A program made the position numbers and the translations under genes. Positions 38,997-49,457 of a stretch of 63,647 nucleotides of DNA are shown here, piece after piece. Where the stretch lies: the NCBI GenBank assembly GCA_937875395.1, contig CALNCU010000316.1, positions 1 to 63,647 of the forward strand, in the 5' to 3' direction. Source of the stretch: an uncultured Armatimonadetes bacterium. Lineage in GTDB: Bacteria; Armatimonadota; UBA5829; DTJY01. Positions within the stretch are counted from its first letter, which is position 1. Each line of letters starts with the position of its first letter. The notes beneath the pieces are model-generated. The model worked only from the letters and a program-made list of their open reading frames with translations, was not told the origin of the DNA and ran no database searches.

Positions 38997-39920
38997 ATGA
39001 GAGGCAAAGACCTCTTATCCATAGATGATCTATCCCTCAAGGAGATAGAAAAAATCTTCTCTGTGGCGATTGATCTTAAAAAAAGAACGCTTACAGACCA
39101 GGTGAACAATCCTACGCTGCCGGGGCGCACGCTGGCAATGATCTTTGAAAAGCCGTCGCTACGCACCAGGGTCTCCTTTGACGTTGGAATTGCGCAGCTT
39201 GGAGGCCATTCCATATACCTGCAGCCATCGGATATCCAGCTGGGCAAAAGAGAGAGCGTGGCAGATATTGCCCGCACGCTCTCCAGAATGGTTCAGGGGA
39301 TTATGGCAAGGGTCTTTGCACACCAGACAGTGGCAGATCTTGCAAAATATGCGGATGTTCCCGTAATAAACGGTCTCTCAGATTTGGAGCATCCTTGCCA
39401 GGCGCTTGCCGACCTGCTTACCATCTACGAGCATAAAAACCGGCTTGCAGGACTGAAGCTTGCCTACATTGGCGATGGATGCAACACCTGCAACAGTCTT
39501 CTTCTGCTCTCCGCCAAACTGGGCGTCCACATGACGGTGGGCTGCCCGGAAGGGTATGAGCCGGATGCAGGAGTGCTTGCCAGATCGCGCCGGATTGCAG
39601 AGGGCACGGGTTCCATCATCTCCATAGAGCATAATCCGTTTAATGCGGTTAAAGGCGCAGATGCCGTCTACACGGATGTCTGGGCAAGCATGGGACAGGA
39701 GAGCGAACTTGAAGAGCGCAGGCCGCTGTTTCAGCCTTTCCAGATTAACAGCAGGCTTGTATCCGCAGCCAAGGACGATAGCATAGTCCTTCACTGCCTC
39801 CCCGCGCACCGCGGAGAAGAGATTACGGATGAGGTTATAGACGGCCCGCAATCCGTGGTCTTTGATGAGGCAGAGAACCGGCTGCATGCGCAAAAGGCTG
39901 TTATGGCCGTCCTTATGTAA
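38997..39920 (+). CDS. argF: Ornithine carbamoyltransferase
   Basis: FEKPSLRTRVSF, HPCQALADL and HCLPAHRGEE motifs. I prefer the ATG at 38997 over the TTG at 38985. Confidence 0.93.
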   Translation: MRGKDLLSIDDLSLKEIEKIFSVAIDLKKRTLTDQVNNPTLPGRTLAMIFEKPSLRTRVSFDVGIAQLGGHSIYLQPSDIQLGKRESVADIARTLSRMVQGIMARVFAHQTVADLAKYADVPVINGLSDLEHPCQALADLLTIYEHKNRLAGLKLAYIGDGCNTCNSLLLLSAKLGVHMTVGCPEGYEPDAGVLARSRRIAEGTGSIISIEHNPFNAVKGADAVYTDVWASMGQESELEERRPLFQPFQINSRLVSAAKDDSIVLHCLPAHRGEEITDEVIDGPQSVVFDEAENRLHAQKAVMAVLM

Positions 39921-39948
39921 TATTCCGGCCCTGCGCAAGAGGTAGTAT

Positions 39949-40149
39949 ATGAAAACGGCTGATCTTTTAAATTCATGCCTTCTGTACGCATGTCTTGTGG
40001 TATACCTTGCCTCGTTTTTATATGTCCTTATGGGGTTTGCAGCAAGAACCTGGGTTATCCCGTTTAAGATAAAAAGGATGCTCCGGTACATTGAAAAGAC
40101 GCCGTCAAAATTTTTTGACAGTTTATCAATCAATAAAAAATCAAAATAG
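39949..40149 (+). CDS. Hypothetical small membrane protein (66 aa) between argF and argG
   Basis: ATG with AGAGG upstream, one or two hydrophobic segments and a basic tail. The segment is AT-rich compared with its neighbours. Confidence 0.35.
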   Translation: MKTADLLNSCLLYACLVVYLASFLYVLMGFAARTWVIPFKIKRMLRYIEKTPSKFFDSLSINKKSK

Positions 40150-40161
40150 GAGTTATGGTAC

Positions 40162-41352
40162 ATGAAGAAAGTAGTAATTGTCTACTCCGGTGGACTGGAT
40201 ACCTCTGTCTGCATCCCCATGATGCGGGATATGTATGGATTTGACCAGGTTGTTACGGTAACCGTAGATGTGGGCCAGCCTGAGTCAGACCTTCGACAGG
40301 CAGAGGAGCGCGCAAAGATTCTTGGGACAGAGCACTACACGGTAGATGTAAAGAAGGAATTTGTTGAAGATTACATCTTCCCCACCATCAAGGCAAACGG
40401 AGACTACCAGGGCTACCCCATAAGCACATCCATCGCCCGCCCGCTTATAGCGCTCAAGGCGGTGGAGTATGCAGATAGGGTGGGGGCGGATGCCTTCTGC
40501 CACGGATGCACCGGCAAGGGTAATGACCAGTTTAGAATAGAGTTTGTGCTAAGGGCGCTTGGCGGCGGCAGGCCGGTTATTGCTCCCATGCGTGAGAAGA
40601 ACTATACCAGAACAGAAGAGATAGAGTACGCGGCGCAGCACGGCATAAAGATAGAGCAGTCTACCGCTAAAATATGGAGCATAGATGAGAACCTGTGGGG
40701 CCGCTCCATAGAAGGCGGGCTTCTGGAGGAACCGAATTACATCCCGCCGGAAGAGATATTTAGTTGGACAAAGGGCCCGGACACAGCCCCCAATACTCCA
40801 ACCATTGTTGAGATAGGCTTTGAGAACGGCGTTCCTGTTTCCCTGGACGGCACCAGGATGGATGGGCTCTCTCTTGTAAAGAAGATGCTTGCCCTTGCCG
40901 GAGAGAACGGCGTTGGGCGCATAGATATAATGGAAGATAGAATCCTTGGGCTTAAGGTGCGGGAGAACTATGAGTGCCCGGCGGCCGTGGCCCTTATCAC
41001 CGCTCACAAGGCGCTGGAAGATTTGGTATGCACCAAGGAAGAGCGGGCGTTTAAATCTATGGTAGACTACCAGTGGGGCAAGCTTGCCTATGAGGGTCTC
41101 TGGTTTGATCCGCTGAAGGAAGACCTGGATGCATTTATCAACAAGATTCAGGAGCGCGTAGTGGGCAGCGTAAAGCTTCGGCTGTTTAAGGGACAGGCCA
41201 AGGTTGCAGGCCGCACAAGCCCGTTTGCGCTCTATTCCGAAGAAATGGCCTCTTTTGACGATAAGTCATTTGATCAGAGCGAGATGACCGGTGCTCTGAA
41301 GGTACACGGACTGCAATCCAGAATGTACTGGTCTCTTAAAAAGGAGAACTAA
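40162..41352 (+). CDS. argG: Argininosuccinate synthase
   Basis: VVIVYSGGLDTS N-terminal ATP-binding motif, 396 aa. Confidence 0.95.
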   Translation: MKKVVIVYSGGLDTSVCIPMMRDMYGFDQVVTVTVDVGQPESDLRQAEERAKILGTEHYTVDVKKEFVEDYIFPTIKANGDYQGYPISTSIARPLIALKAVEYADRVGADAFCHGCTGKGNDQFRIEFVLRALGGGRPVIAPMREKNYTRTEEIEYAAQHGIKIEQSTAKIWSIDENLWGRSIEGGLLEEPNYIPPEEIFSWTKGPDTAPNTPTIVEIGFENGVPVSLDGTRMDGLSLVKKMLALAGENGVGRIDIMEDRILGLKVRENYECPAAVALITAHKALEDLVCTKEERAFKSMVDYQWGKLAYEGLWFDPLKEDLDAFINKIQERVVGSVKLRLFKGQAKVAGRTSPFALYSEEMASFDDKSFDQSEMTGALKVHGLQSRMYWSLKKEN

Positions 41353-42722
41353 TGGCCAAGCTCTGGGGCGGACGGTTCGGCAAGGAAACGTCTGAATTGG
41401 TAGACAGGTTTAACGCATCCATTGAGTTTGATTCCCGGCTGTGGGAGTACGATATCAAGGGAAGCATTGCCCACGCACGCATGCTTGGGAAGGCAGGCAT
41501 CATCCCCAAGGAAGATGCAGATACCATAGTGCGCGGGCTTGAAGGTATTGCAGAAGATATCTCTGCCGGAAAGGTGGAGTTTGATGTCTCTGCAGAAGAT
41601 ATTCACATGAACGTGGAGAAGCTTCTGCGGGAGCGGATAGGGGACGTTGCGGGTAGGCTTCACACCGCCCGCAGCCGGAACGATCAGGTTGCTTTAGACC
41701 TTAGAATGTATGTTAAAGATCAGATAAGCAATGTGAACTCTGCAATACTCAGCCTGGAACGTGCGCTTGTAAGCCTGGCAGAGCAGCATAAGGGTACCGT
41801 GATGCCCGGATACACCCATATGCAGCATGCCCAGCCCGTGCCGCTTGCACACCATCTGCTTGCCTATGTATGGATGCTTAACCGTGACAGGGAACGCTTT
41901 TCAGACTGCTATAGGCGAACCGACGTAATGCCGCTTGGTTCCGGGGCCATGGCAGGCACATCATTCCCGCTTGACCGTCGTTTTGTAGCCAAAGAGCTTG
42001 GTTTCTCTACAATATCAGAAAATTCTATGGATGCGGTGTCTGACAGGGACTTTGTTGTGGAGTTCCTGTCCGCCGCTTCCATACTGGGGATGCACCTCTC
42101 CCGCTTTGCGGAAGAGATAATTATCTGGAACACCAGGGAGTTCGGCTTTGTTGTGCTGGATGATGCCATGGCAACGGGAAGCAGCCTTATGCCTCAGAAG
42201 AAGAACCCGGATGTAGCGGAACTTATCCGGGGGAAGACGGGCCGGCTCTACGGAAACCTTATCTCCATGCTCACCACCCTTAAAGGCCTGCCGCTAACCT
42301 ACAACAAGGATTTGCAGGAAGATAAGGAGCCCATCTTTGATACCGTGGATACGCTTCTTATGTGCGTGCCCATACTGGAGCAACTCCTTCTAACCACAAC
42401 GTTCTGCACAGATACAATGTCTGCCGGCGTAAAGGGCGACTTCTCAAATGCAACGGATATTGCAGATTACCTGGTGCGTCGTGGGGTTCCGTTCCGCGCC
42501 GCTCACGGAATTGCAGGCCGGATGGTTCAGTACTGTGAAGAGAATAAAAAGACCTTTTCAGACCTCAGCCTGGAAGAGTTAAAGGGCTTCTCTGATAAGT
42601 TTGAGAATACAAGCATGGTGGGCGGCGCAAAAGAGAGCATAGAGGCAAGGGATATTCCGGGGAGCACTGCGCCCGGGCGTATTCTTGAGCAGATAGAAGC
42701 GGCAAAGCGGTCTTTATACTAA
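41352..42722 (+). CDS. argH: Argininosuccinate lyase
   Basis: MAKLWGGRF N-terminus and the fumarate-lyase signature GSSLMPQKKNPD. Confidence 0.95.
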   Translation: MAKLWGGRFGKETSELVDRFNASIEFDSRLWEYDIKGSIAHARMLGKAGIIPKEDADTIVRGLEGIAEDISAGKVEFDVSAEDIHMNVEKLLRERIGDVAGRLHTARSRNDQVALDLRMYVKDQISNVNSAILSLERALVSLAEQHKGTVMPGYTHMQHAQPVPLAHHLLAYVWMLNRDRERFSDCYRRTDVMPLGSGAMAGTSFPLDRRFVAKELGFSTISENSMDAVSDRDFVVEFLSAASILGMHLSRFAEEIIIWNTREFGFVVLDDAMATGSSLMPQKKNPDVAELIRGKTGRLYGNLISMLTTLKGLPLTYNKDLQEDKEPIFDTVDTLLMCVPILEQLLLTTTFCTDTMSAGVKGDFSNATDIADYLVRRGVPFRAAHGIAGRMVQYCEENKKTFSDLSLEELKGFSDKFENTSMVGGAKESIEARDIPGSTAPGRILEQIEAAKRSLY

Positions 42723-43151
42723 GGTAGCGGAATCTGCCGGGTACCTCATTGCAAGCTTTATATACTTGTTGCCGGATTCAGATACCACGCTCCATTCATC
42801 TACCAGGTGATCTATAAGATAGAATCCCATTTGCGCGGTAGTGAGCTCGTCCTCCTCCGGCTCTATGCCGGGCTGGTTGGTGCAGCCGGTGCCGCGGCTG
42901 CAAATCTCTACCTGCAACTCTTCTTTGTTCACTATACACCGCACAGTCACAGGCGAGTGCCTGGGGTTGCTGAAACGCACCGCATTGCAGCAAGCCTCTC
43001 CCACGGCAATCTTTAAGTCCTCTATTTGCGAACACGTTAGTGTTGTGCGCCGTGCAATTCCCTCAACCGTTTTTCTGGCTATGGATATCAGCCTGGGTGA
43101 ACCAGGGAATTCCAATTTTACTATAGTATGATCCGGCATGCTTGTTTGCAA
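42714..43151 (-). CDS. RsbW/SpoIIAB-like anti-sigma-factor protein (HATPase_c fold) with atypical ATP-lid motifs
   Basis: The N-box EACCNAV is present. The expected DxGxG reads SRGTG and the GxG box reads QMGF. 145 aa, downstream of a STAS gene. Confidence 0.65.
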   Translation of the reverse strand: MQTSMPDHTIVKLEFPGSPRLISIARKTVEGIARRTTLTCSQIEDLKIAVGEACCNAVRFSNPRHSPVTVRCIVNKEELQVEICSRGTGCTNQPGIEPEEDELTTAQMGFYLIDHLVDEWSVVSESGNKYIKLAMRYPADSATLV

Positions 43152-43275
43152 GCTCTCCCATTACCTGAAATTATTAAGCTTAAAATAGTACAACTACATG
43201 CTTGACGACAAAGCAAGCAAAAAGGTTGCATTTATAAGAAAAATACGGAAAATATGTTTGCAGGGGGTGGGGGAG

Positions 43276-43674
43276 CTAACGCTTTTTGCTGCCGGGGTCA
43301 CCAATAGCAGATAACGCCGTATCTACCGTCACGGTGAAATTTACTGTGTCTGCAAGGTGAAGGAATCCTGCAATCTGCATTTTATGCATAACACGGTCAT
43401 TACAGTCTGCAAGCCAGAGACGCCCTTGTTGCACGGATAGAAGCTTTATGGCATAGACCAGCGCCGCCATGCCGCCGCTATCCATAAAAGTCACCTCAGA
43501 CATATCTATAATAATATCCTTGCAGCCTTTATCCATAAAAGATTTAACAGCGTTTCGAAATTTATCTTCTGTAAAATAATCCAAATCGCCGCACACTTTT
43601 ACAAGGGGCGTATTGCCGTTAATATTAGTGGTTATACTTGTCCTTGTTTCCATTGCAACACTTCCATCCGTCAT
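43276..43674 (-). CDS. STAS-domain anti-sigma-factor antagonist (RsbV/SpoIIAA-like)
   Basis: DMSEVTFMDSGGMAAL with the conserved phosphorylatable Ser context (DSxG), 132 aa. Confidence 0.75.
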   Translation of the reverse strand: MTDGSVAMETRTSITTNINGNTPLVKVCGDLDYFTEDKFRNAVKSFMDKGCKDIIIDMSEVTFMDSGGMAALVYAIKLLSVQQGRLWLADCNDRVMHKMQIAGFLHLADTVNFTVTVDTALSAIGDPGSKKR

Positions 43675-43892
43675 AAGGATATAGCTGCCCGTACTAGATG
43701 CGATACAATTGTCGCACCATAGTCAAGAGTTGTCAAGTATGTGACCCGGTTTGTTCCTGGTTTTGATAATCCACGGGGAAGGTGCATGCAGCATGTTTAA
43801 CAGATGGCCGCATGGAGGATTTTATGGCTCTGCTATAGAATATATTCACAGATTGCATGTATGGATACTTAACCTTAAAAGGAGCGGATACC

Positions 43893-44102
43893 ATGCTTTT
43901 TCCAAAAGATAAGATGAGCCATACCCCCTCATTCCATGGCAACAAAACAGAAGAAGGCTGGCTGGTTCTTGACATAGGAAACATGGAGCTTGATGGAGTA
44001 ACCAGGCTATACATAGATTTGAGGGATATAGAAGAGGTAAAGGCCCGGCGTGCAAAGGAATCAGATGCTCTTTCGCAGGCCAAGAAGCTTCTGGGAGGGT
44101 AG
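43893..44102 (+). CDS. Hypothetical small protein (69 aa)
   Basis: ATG with AAAGGAG 7 nt upstream and a charged C-terminal helix. I recognised no family. Confidence 0.35.
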   Translation: MLFPKDKMSHTPSFHGNKTEEGWLVLDIGNMELDGVTRLYIDLRDIEEVKARRAKESDALSQAKKLLGG

Positions 44103-44321
44103 TGTGTTCCGCAGGCAGGGAACGCTGCCTTCACCCGGCGCATCCTCGCCGGGATGAAATTTGCCGTATCCATTCCTTCGCTTTATGCAGTATCAATTAT
44201 CCGCCGTTATATCTTGACACCGTGCTCATCCGTATGATAACCTTTGCTAGGCAATTCCCCTCAGGGACGGCACACGCAGCCCGCTCGCTACGGAAAGACC
44301 ACCCATCCTGAAAGGGCACGA

Positions 44322-47300
44322 ATGATTCTTAAGAAGCTGGAAATTCAAGGGTTTAAGAGCTTTGCCGATCGTACGGAGGTGCTCTTTACTCCCGGCGTTA
44401 TAGCGGTTGTCGGCCCAAACGGCAGCGGCAAGAGCAACATCTCAGATGCCATACTCTGGGTGCTGGGAGAACAGAATGTCCGGGCGCTGCGCGGGCAAAA
44501 GGCCCAGGATGTAATCTTTGCCGGTTCCACCAAGCGTAAACCCGTGGGGATGGCGGAAGTCTCGCTCACGGTAGATAATTCCAGCGGCAAGCTCCCCATA
44601 AACTACTCGGAAGTCACCGTAACCCGCCGGGCATACCGTTCCGGCGAGAGCGAATTCCTTATCAACAAAACCCCCTGCCGGTTAAGGGATATATATGAAC
44701 TCTTTATGGATACAGGGGTGGGCCGGGAAGCCTACTCCATAGTAAGCCAGGGGGAGATGGACGCGCTGCTCTCTGCCAAGCCGGAGGATAGACGCGCCCT
44801 CTTTGATGAGGCCGCCGGGATAAAAAAGTACCGCCACCGGAAGAAGGAAGCAGAAAGAAAACTTGAGAACACGGATGCCAACCTCAACCGTGTAAACGAT
44901 ATACTCCACGAGATTCAGGATGAAATAGGCCCAATGCAGGAGCAGGCGGAGATTGCAAAACGGTACCTGGAACTCACATCCCGCCTGAACGAGATAGAAG
45001 TAGGCATCCTGATAAATGATCTGCACAGGCTCACGCAAGATATGGAGCGGGTTCGAGGCCAAAAGTCGGAAAGCTATGATTCTCTTGCAGAGCTTGAATC
45101 CCTTATAGCCGCCCTGGAAGAGAAAAAAGAGGCCCTTGCAGCAGACCTTGCAGAAGCGGATGCAGAATGTGAGAAGCACGCTGCCCTGCACCAGGAGTCC
45201 CTCACTCACCTTGAGCGTCTTGAAAGCCAGCTTGCCCTTGTTAACCAGAGCCACACGGCATCCGGCACATCTGAAAGGCTTATCCAGGAAGAGATAGTTC
45301 AGCTGGAAGAGAGAGCGGCCCAGGTGGCCCTGCAGAGGGAATCTTTGAATGATGAATATGCAGAGGCAGAGCAGAACGAGCGTGAACTGGCCGGAAAGCT
45401 TAAAGAAAAACAGGATAATCTGGCCCAGGTTCAATCTAAGATAGAAGACGCCCTGCGTGCCGTTGATAATCAGAAATCCAGCTACATAGAACTTGCAAAA
45501 CAGCTTGCCACAGAGAAGAATGAACTGGTAAACACCACCGCCCGTATAGCCAGCCTGCAAAATCTTCTTGAAAAACGGTTGTCAGAGCTGTCCGGAGCAG
45601 AAAAAGAGGCAGGCCGTTCAACGGATGAAAAGGTGCGGGCGGGCGAAGAACTTGCCCTGGTGCGCAAAGAGATGGAGGGCATACGCAAATCCATAGAATC
45701 CATCCAAAGCACGCTGAAAGATAAGAACAACGCCAAAAGAGACGCCGCAGAAGAGCTTGCCGCCGCCGGGCGTTCCATAGTAGACCGGGAATCCCGCCTT
45801 AAAGCACTGCAGGAGATGGAGGCGGCCAAGGAAGGGTACTACCTTGGAGTCCGTTCCATAACGCAGGCAGTAAGAGCCGGTCATATAAAGGGCGGATACG
45901 CCGTTCTGGCAGATGTTATAAAAGTTCCCAAAGGCTATGAGGCCGCCTATGAAGTGGCCTTGGGAGGCAGCCTGCAGGATATTATTACGGATAACGAGCA
46001 GGAAGCCAAATCTGCAATAGAATTTTTGAAAAAGAACAAAGCCGGCCGCGCAACGTTTTTGCCCCTGACCATGATGAGGCATTCCACTTCTCCGGGGCTC
46101 AGGCAGCTTGTGGGCAAGAACGGGGTGCTGGGCCTGGGTAACGAGCTTATAAAGTTCAACGCCAAGTACGCTCCGGCCGTAGATTCCCTGCTTGGAAAAG
46201 TGCTTATAGTAGAGAATATAGATTCCGCCATATCCGTCTCCAAATCCGCCATGGGATGGAGCAAGATAGTAAGCCTTGACGGAGAGCTGATCTTCCCCAG
46301 CGGTGCCATGACGGGCGGAAATGCGCCCGGAAGAACGGTAAACATACTTGGGCGAAAGCAGGAGATAGAGAATCTTCAGGCGGAACTTAACAGCCTTAAA
46401 AGCAGGGCCGCATCAGCAGAGAAGCGCCTTGATACATTGGAAGATGAAACCGCCGCTCTTGACACCCGGCTTAAAGGCGTTCTGGAGCAGGATACCGGCC
46501 TTAAAATGTCCCTCCTGGAGAAGGAACGCCGCCTGGAGTTTGCCTCCCGGGAAGAGAGCCGCCTGCTGCAAGATGTAGAATCTCTCTCTGCAGAGAAGGA
46601 GAACCTTGAGGGCGAACTTGCAAAATGCAGGGAAAACCATGAAAGGCTCACCCTCTCCATAGAAAAGGCGGAGAGCGAGAACTCCAACCTGGATACGCTT
46701 ATAGAAGAGACCAGAACGGTTGCACAAAAATTCCAGTCAGAATATGATGCCGTTATGGCAGAAATAAACTCCATAAACGTCTCCGTAGCCTCCCTCACCC
46801 AGAAGCGCCTTGGGGTAGAGCAGGCAATAGAAAACGTAGAGGAATCCGCCAGGGAGATTGGCAGCGAGATTGGAAGGAAGAAGGCTCAGCTTGGAAACAC
46901 CCTTCAGGAACGTTCCGTAGCAGAATCACGGCGCGTAGAACTTAAGGATGAGCAAGAGAAGGCCCGCGCTGCCTGCCTTGCCAGAGAGAGCGAATCAGAG
47001 CGCTGGCGCAAGACCAAGCAGGCCATCCTTGCCTCAAGCCTAGAGGCAGGCGAGCAGTTAAAGGAAGCATCCCTTAAGCGTGAAGATACAACCGCCCGGC
47101 ACCACTCCGAAGATTTAAAAGAGACCAGGCTTGATGTGCAGATTGCGCAGACTTCAACAAGGCTCCTTGAAGAGTACGATATAACCCCGGAGGACGCCCT
47201 CCGCCGCGAAGCGCCGGAAGTTAAGTACGGCGCCGCCACAGAGGTAGTGCGCCTGCGCCGCGAGATTAAAGGCATGGGCGAGGTTAACACCGGCGCCGTG

Positions 47301-47885
47301 CAGGAATATGAGCGCCTTTCTGAACGATTTGAGTTTCTAAGCACCCAGCGACAGGACCTTATGGATGCCAGAGAAAAACTTGTAGAAGCCATCCGTGGAA
47401 TAGATGAGAGCACCCGCGGCGTCTTTGAAGAGACCTTTGAGGCGGTAAAAAAGAGCTTCGCAGAGATGTTTCAAAGGCTCTTTGACGGCGGCAAAACAGA
47501 GCTTGTACTGGTCGACCCGGAGAACATGCTTGAATCCGGGATAGATGTGCTTGTGGAACTGCCCGGAAAGAAGCGGCAGAACCTTCTTCTGCTCTCCGGC
47601 GGAGAAAGAGTGCTTACCGCGGCAGCCCTGATGTTTGCCCTTATGATGGTACGCCCAAGCCCCTTCTGCGTACTTGATGAGGTTGATGCCCCGCTTGATG
47701 AAGCTAATGTAGAACGTTTTGCAGATGTGATTCAGGAGTTTGCCGAAAAGTCTCAGATGATTGTTATCACCCATAACAAATCCACCATGGAGAAGGCGGA
47801 TATTATGTACGGGGTAACAATGCAGGAGCCCGGAATATCAAAGCTGGTCTCCGTAAAGCTCTCTGCCGTGGCGGAGATGAACTAA
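44322..47885 (+). CDS. smc: Chromosome partition protein Smc
   Basis: MILKKLEIQGFKSF N-terminus, Walker A GPNGSGKSN, long coiled coils with a hinge, LSGGE signature, Walker B VLDEVDAPLD. Confidence 0.95.
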   Translation: MILKKLEIQGFKSFADRTEVLFTPGVIAVVGPNGSGKSNISDAILWVLGEQNVRALRGQKAQDVIFAGSTKRKPVGMAEVSLTVDNSSGKLPINYSEVTVTRRAYRSGESEFLINKTPCRLRDIYELFMDTGVGREAYSIVSQGEMDALLSAKPEDRRALFDEAAGIKKYRHRKKEAERKLENTDANLNRVNDILHEIQDEIGPMQEQAEIAKRYLELTSRLNEIEVGILINDLHRLTQDMERVRGQKSESYDSLAELESLIAALEEKKEALAADLAEADAECEKHAALHQESLTHLERLESQLALVNQSHTASGTSERLIQEEIVQLEERAAQVALQRESLNDEYAEAEQNERELAGKLKEKQDNLAQVQSKIEDALRAVDNQKSSYIELAKQLATEKNELVNTTARIASLQNLLEKRLSELSGAEKEAGRSTDEKVRAGEELALVRKEMEGIRKSIESIQSTLKDKNNAKRDAAEELAAAGRSIVDRESRLKALQEMEAAKEGYYLGVRSITQAVRAGHIKGGYAVLADVIKVPKGYEAAYEVALGGSLQDIITDNEQEAKSAIEFLKKNKAGRATFLPLTMMRHSTSPGLRQLVGKNGVLGLGNELIKFNAKYAPAVDSLLGKVLIVENIDSAISVSKSAMGWSKIVSLDGELIFPSGAMTGGNAPGRTVNILGRKQEIENLQAELNSLKSRAASAEKRLDTLEDETAALDTRLKGVLEQDTGLKMSLLEKERRLEFASREESRLLQDVESLSAEKENLEGELAKCRENHERLTLSIEKAESENSNLDTLIEETRTVAQKFQSEYDAVMAEINSINVSVASLTQKRLGVEQAIENVEESAREIGSEIGRKKAQLGNTLQERSVAESRRVELKDEQEKARAACLARESESERWRKTKQAILASSLEAGEQLKEASLKREDTTARHHSEDLKETRLDVQIAQTSTRLLEEYDITPEDALRREAPEVKYGAATEVVRLRREIKGMGEVNTGAVQEYERLSERFEFLSTQRQDLMDAREKLVEAIRGIDESTRGVFEETFEAVKKSFAEMFQRLFDGGKTELVLVDPENMLESGIDVLVELPGKKRQNLLLLSGGERVLTAAALMFALMMVRPSPFCVLDEVDAPLDEANVERFADVIQEFAEKSQMIVITHNKSTMEKADIMYGVTMQEPGISKLVSVKLSAVAEMN

Positions 47886-49219
47886 CCCAACTTACTTTTA
47901 ACAACGTCACATATAGCGCCCGTAATCTCTTGCAACTCCGCAAGGTCCGGGCCTTCCGTCATAACACGGATCAGGTTCTCTGTCCCTGATGCGCGCACTA
48001 GCACCCTTCCCCGGCCCGCCAGGCGTTGTTCGCTCTCTTTTATGACATGGCCTACCTCCGGCACATTCTCCCACCCATTTTTATCTTTTACGGGGACATT
48101 TACAAGCGTCTGGGGAAACTCCTCCACCATAGCCCCAAGCTCTGAAAGAGGCTTGCCGGTTAGAAGCATTACGTTTAGAACCTGAAGCGCCGTTACCAGC
48201 CCATCCCCTGTTGTAGAATGCCGGGAGAAGATAAGGTGGCCGGATTTCTCGCCGCCTACTATAATACCCGTCCTGCGCATTTCATCAGAAACATACCGGT
48301 CGCCTACGCGGGTGCGGACAAGGGATATTCCTTCACGGCGCAGAGCAACCTCAAGCCCCATGTTGCTCATAACAGTTGCAACAACGGCGGAGTGGGGGAG
48401 GCGTCCCTCCCTGGCAAGATGTATTGCGCATATCGCCATCACGCGGTCGCCGTCAACGGCGCGGCCCTTCTCATCAACAAGAATAGCTCTGTCGCCGTCG
48501 CCGTCAAACGCCATGCCTGCCTGCGCGCCTGCAGAGAGCACCGCACGGCGCAAATCATCCAGATGCTGGGAACCGCAGTTATCGTTTATATTAATCCCAT
48601 CGGGCTTGTTGTGTATAACTTCTACATCAGCCCCAAGCGCAGAGAAGATTTTAGGCCCTGCTTCACATACCGCACCGTTTGCGCAGTCCAGCACAAGCTT
48701 TATGCCGCCAAGTTTATGAGGGAAGGAACTTATCAGATGGCTCACATAGCCGTCTATCATATCGTGAACCCTGAACATGCGTCCCACGCCTGCGCCTTCC
48801 GCCCGTGCAAGGTTCTTGAAATTCTTCATCCGGGCTTCTATCTCATCTTCAATCTCGTCCGGCAGCTTGTATCCGTCTGCGCCAAAGAATTTTATGCCGT
48901 TGTCCCGCATGGGGTTATGAGAGGCAGAGATTACAACCCCGGCATCTGCCTGCATCAACTGCGTCATAAAAGCAACCGCAGGGGTGGGGGCCACTCCGGT
49001 AAGATACACATCCACCCCAATGGAACAGATGCCGGATGCCATTGCAGACTCAAGAATATCCCCGGATATGCGGGGATCGCGGCCCATCAGGATTTTTGCC
49101 TCGCTGTGCCTGCCCCTTAGCACGTATGCAGATGCCGCTCCAAGCTTTAGCGCAAGCGTTGGGCTGAGTTCTGTGTTGGCTATGCCGCGTACCCCATCCG
49201 TGCCAAAAAGTCTTGCCAT
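47882..49219 (-). CDS. glmM: Phosphoglucosamine mutase
   Basis: LFGTDGVRG N-terminus and the phosphoserine loop ISASHNP. Its 3' end overlaps smc by 4 nt (convergent). Confidence 0.95.
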   Translation of the reverse strand: MARLFGTDGVRGIANTELSPTLALKLGAASAYVLRGRHSEAKILMGRDPRISGDILESAMASGICSIGVDVYLTGVAPTPAVAFMTQLMQADAGVVISASHNPMRDNGIKFFGADGYKLPDEIEDEIEARMKNFKNLARAEGAGVGRMFRVHDMIDGYVSHLISSFPHKLGGIKLVLDCANGAVCEAGPKIFSALGADVEVIHNKPDGININDNCGSQHLDDLRRAVLSAGAQAGMAFDGDGDRAILVDEKGRAVDGDRVMAICAIHLAREGRLPHSAVVATVMSNMGLEVALRREGISLVRTRVGDRYVSDEMRRTGIIVGGEKSGHLIFSRHSTTGDGLVTALQVLNVMLLTGKPLSELGAMVEEFPQTLVNVPVKDKNGWENVPEVGHVIKESEQRLAGRGRVLVRASGTENLIRVMTEGPDLAELQEITGAICDVVKSKLG

Positions 49220-49266
49220 GTTATAATCTCCGTAAGGATTTAATGTTTAAATATCTGTCTCAAGAA

Positions 49267-49296
49267 ATCCTACTGCCTGCGCAAGGTCTTTGTCAA
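49267..49296 (-). promoter_or_regulatory. Sigma-70-type promoter for glmM
   Basis: On the minus strand: TTGACA, an 18-nt spacer, then TAGGAT. Confidence 0.5.
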
Positions 49297-49457
49297 ATAT
49301 CTCCAGGCATTCCCCGTATAAAACAATGTTTAAAGTGTGACAAAATTTGCGGGAATTCATAGATAATTGGAGTTCTGCGCTTAGCTTGTCATAGCTCTAT
49401 GTGGTAGCTAGTATTCCAAGAGGTTGTGAAATAAGGTTACCAAATACTGAGATGCCA

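Noticed and set aside
43733-44173. 146-aa minus-strand ORF between the STAS gene and smc.
   Set aside because: It has no RBS, its composition is implausible (Ser/Pro/Arg-rich), and it overlaps the better-supported + strand small ORF (43893-44102), which has an AAAGGAG RBS.
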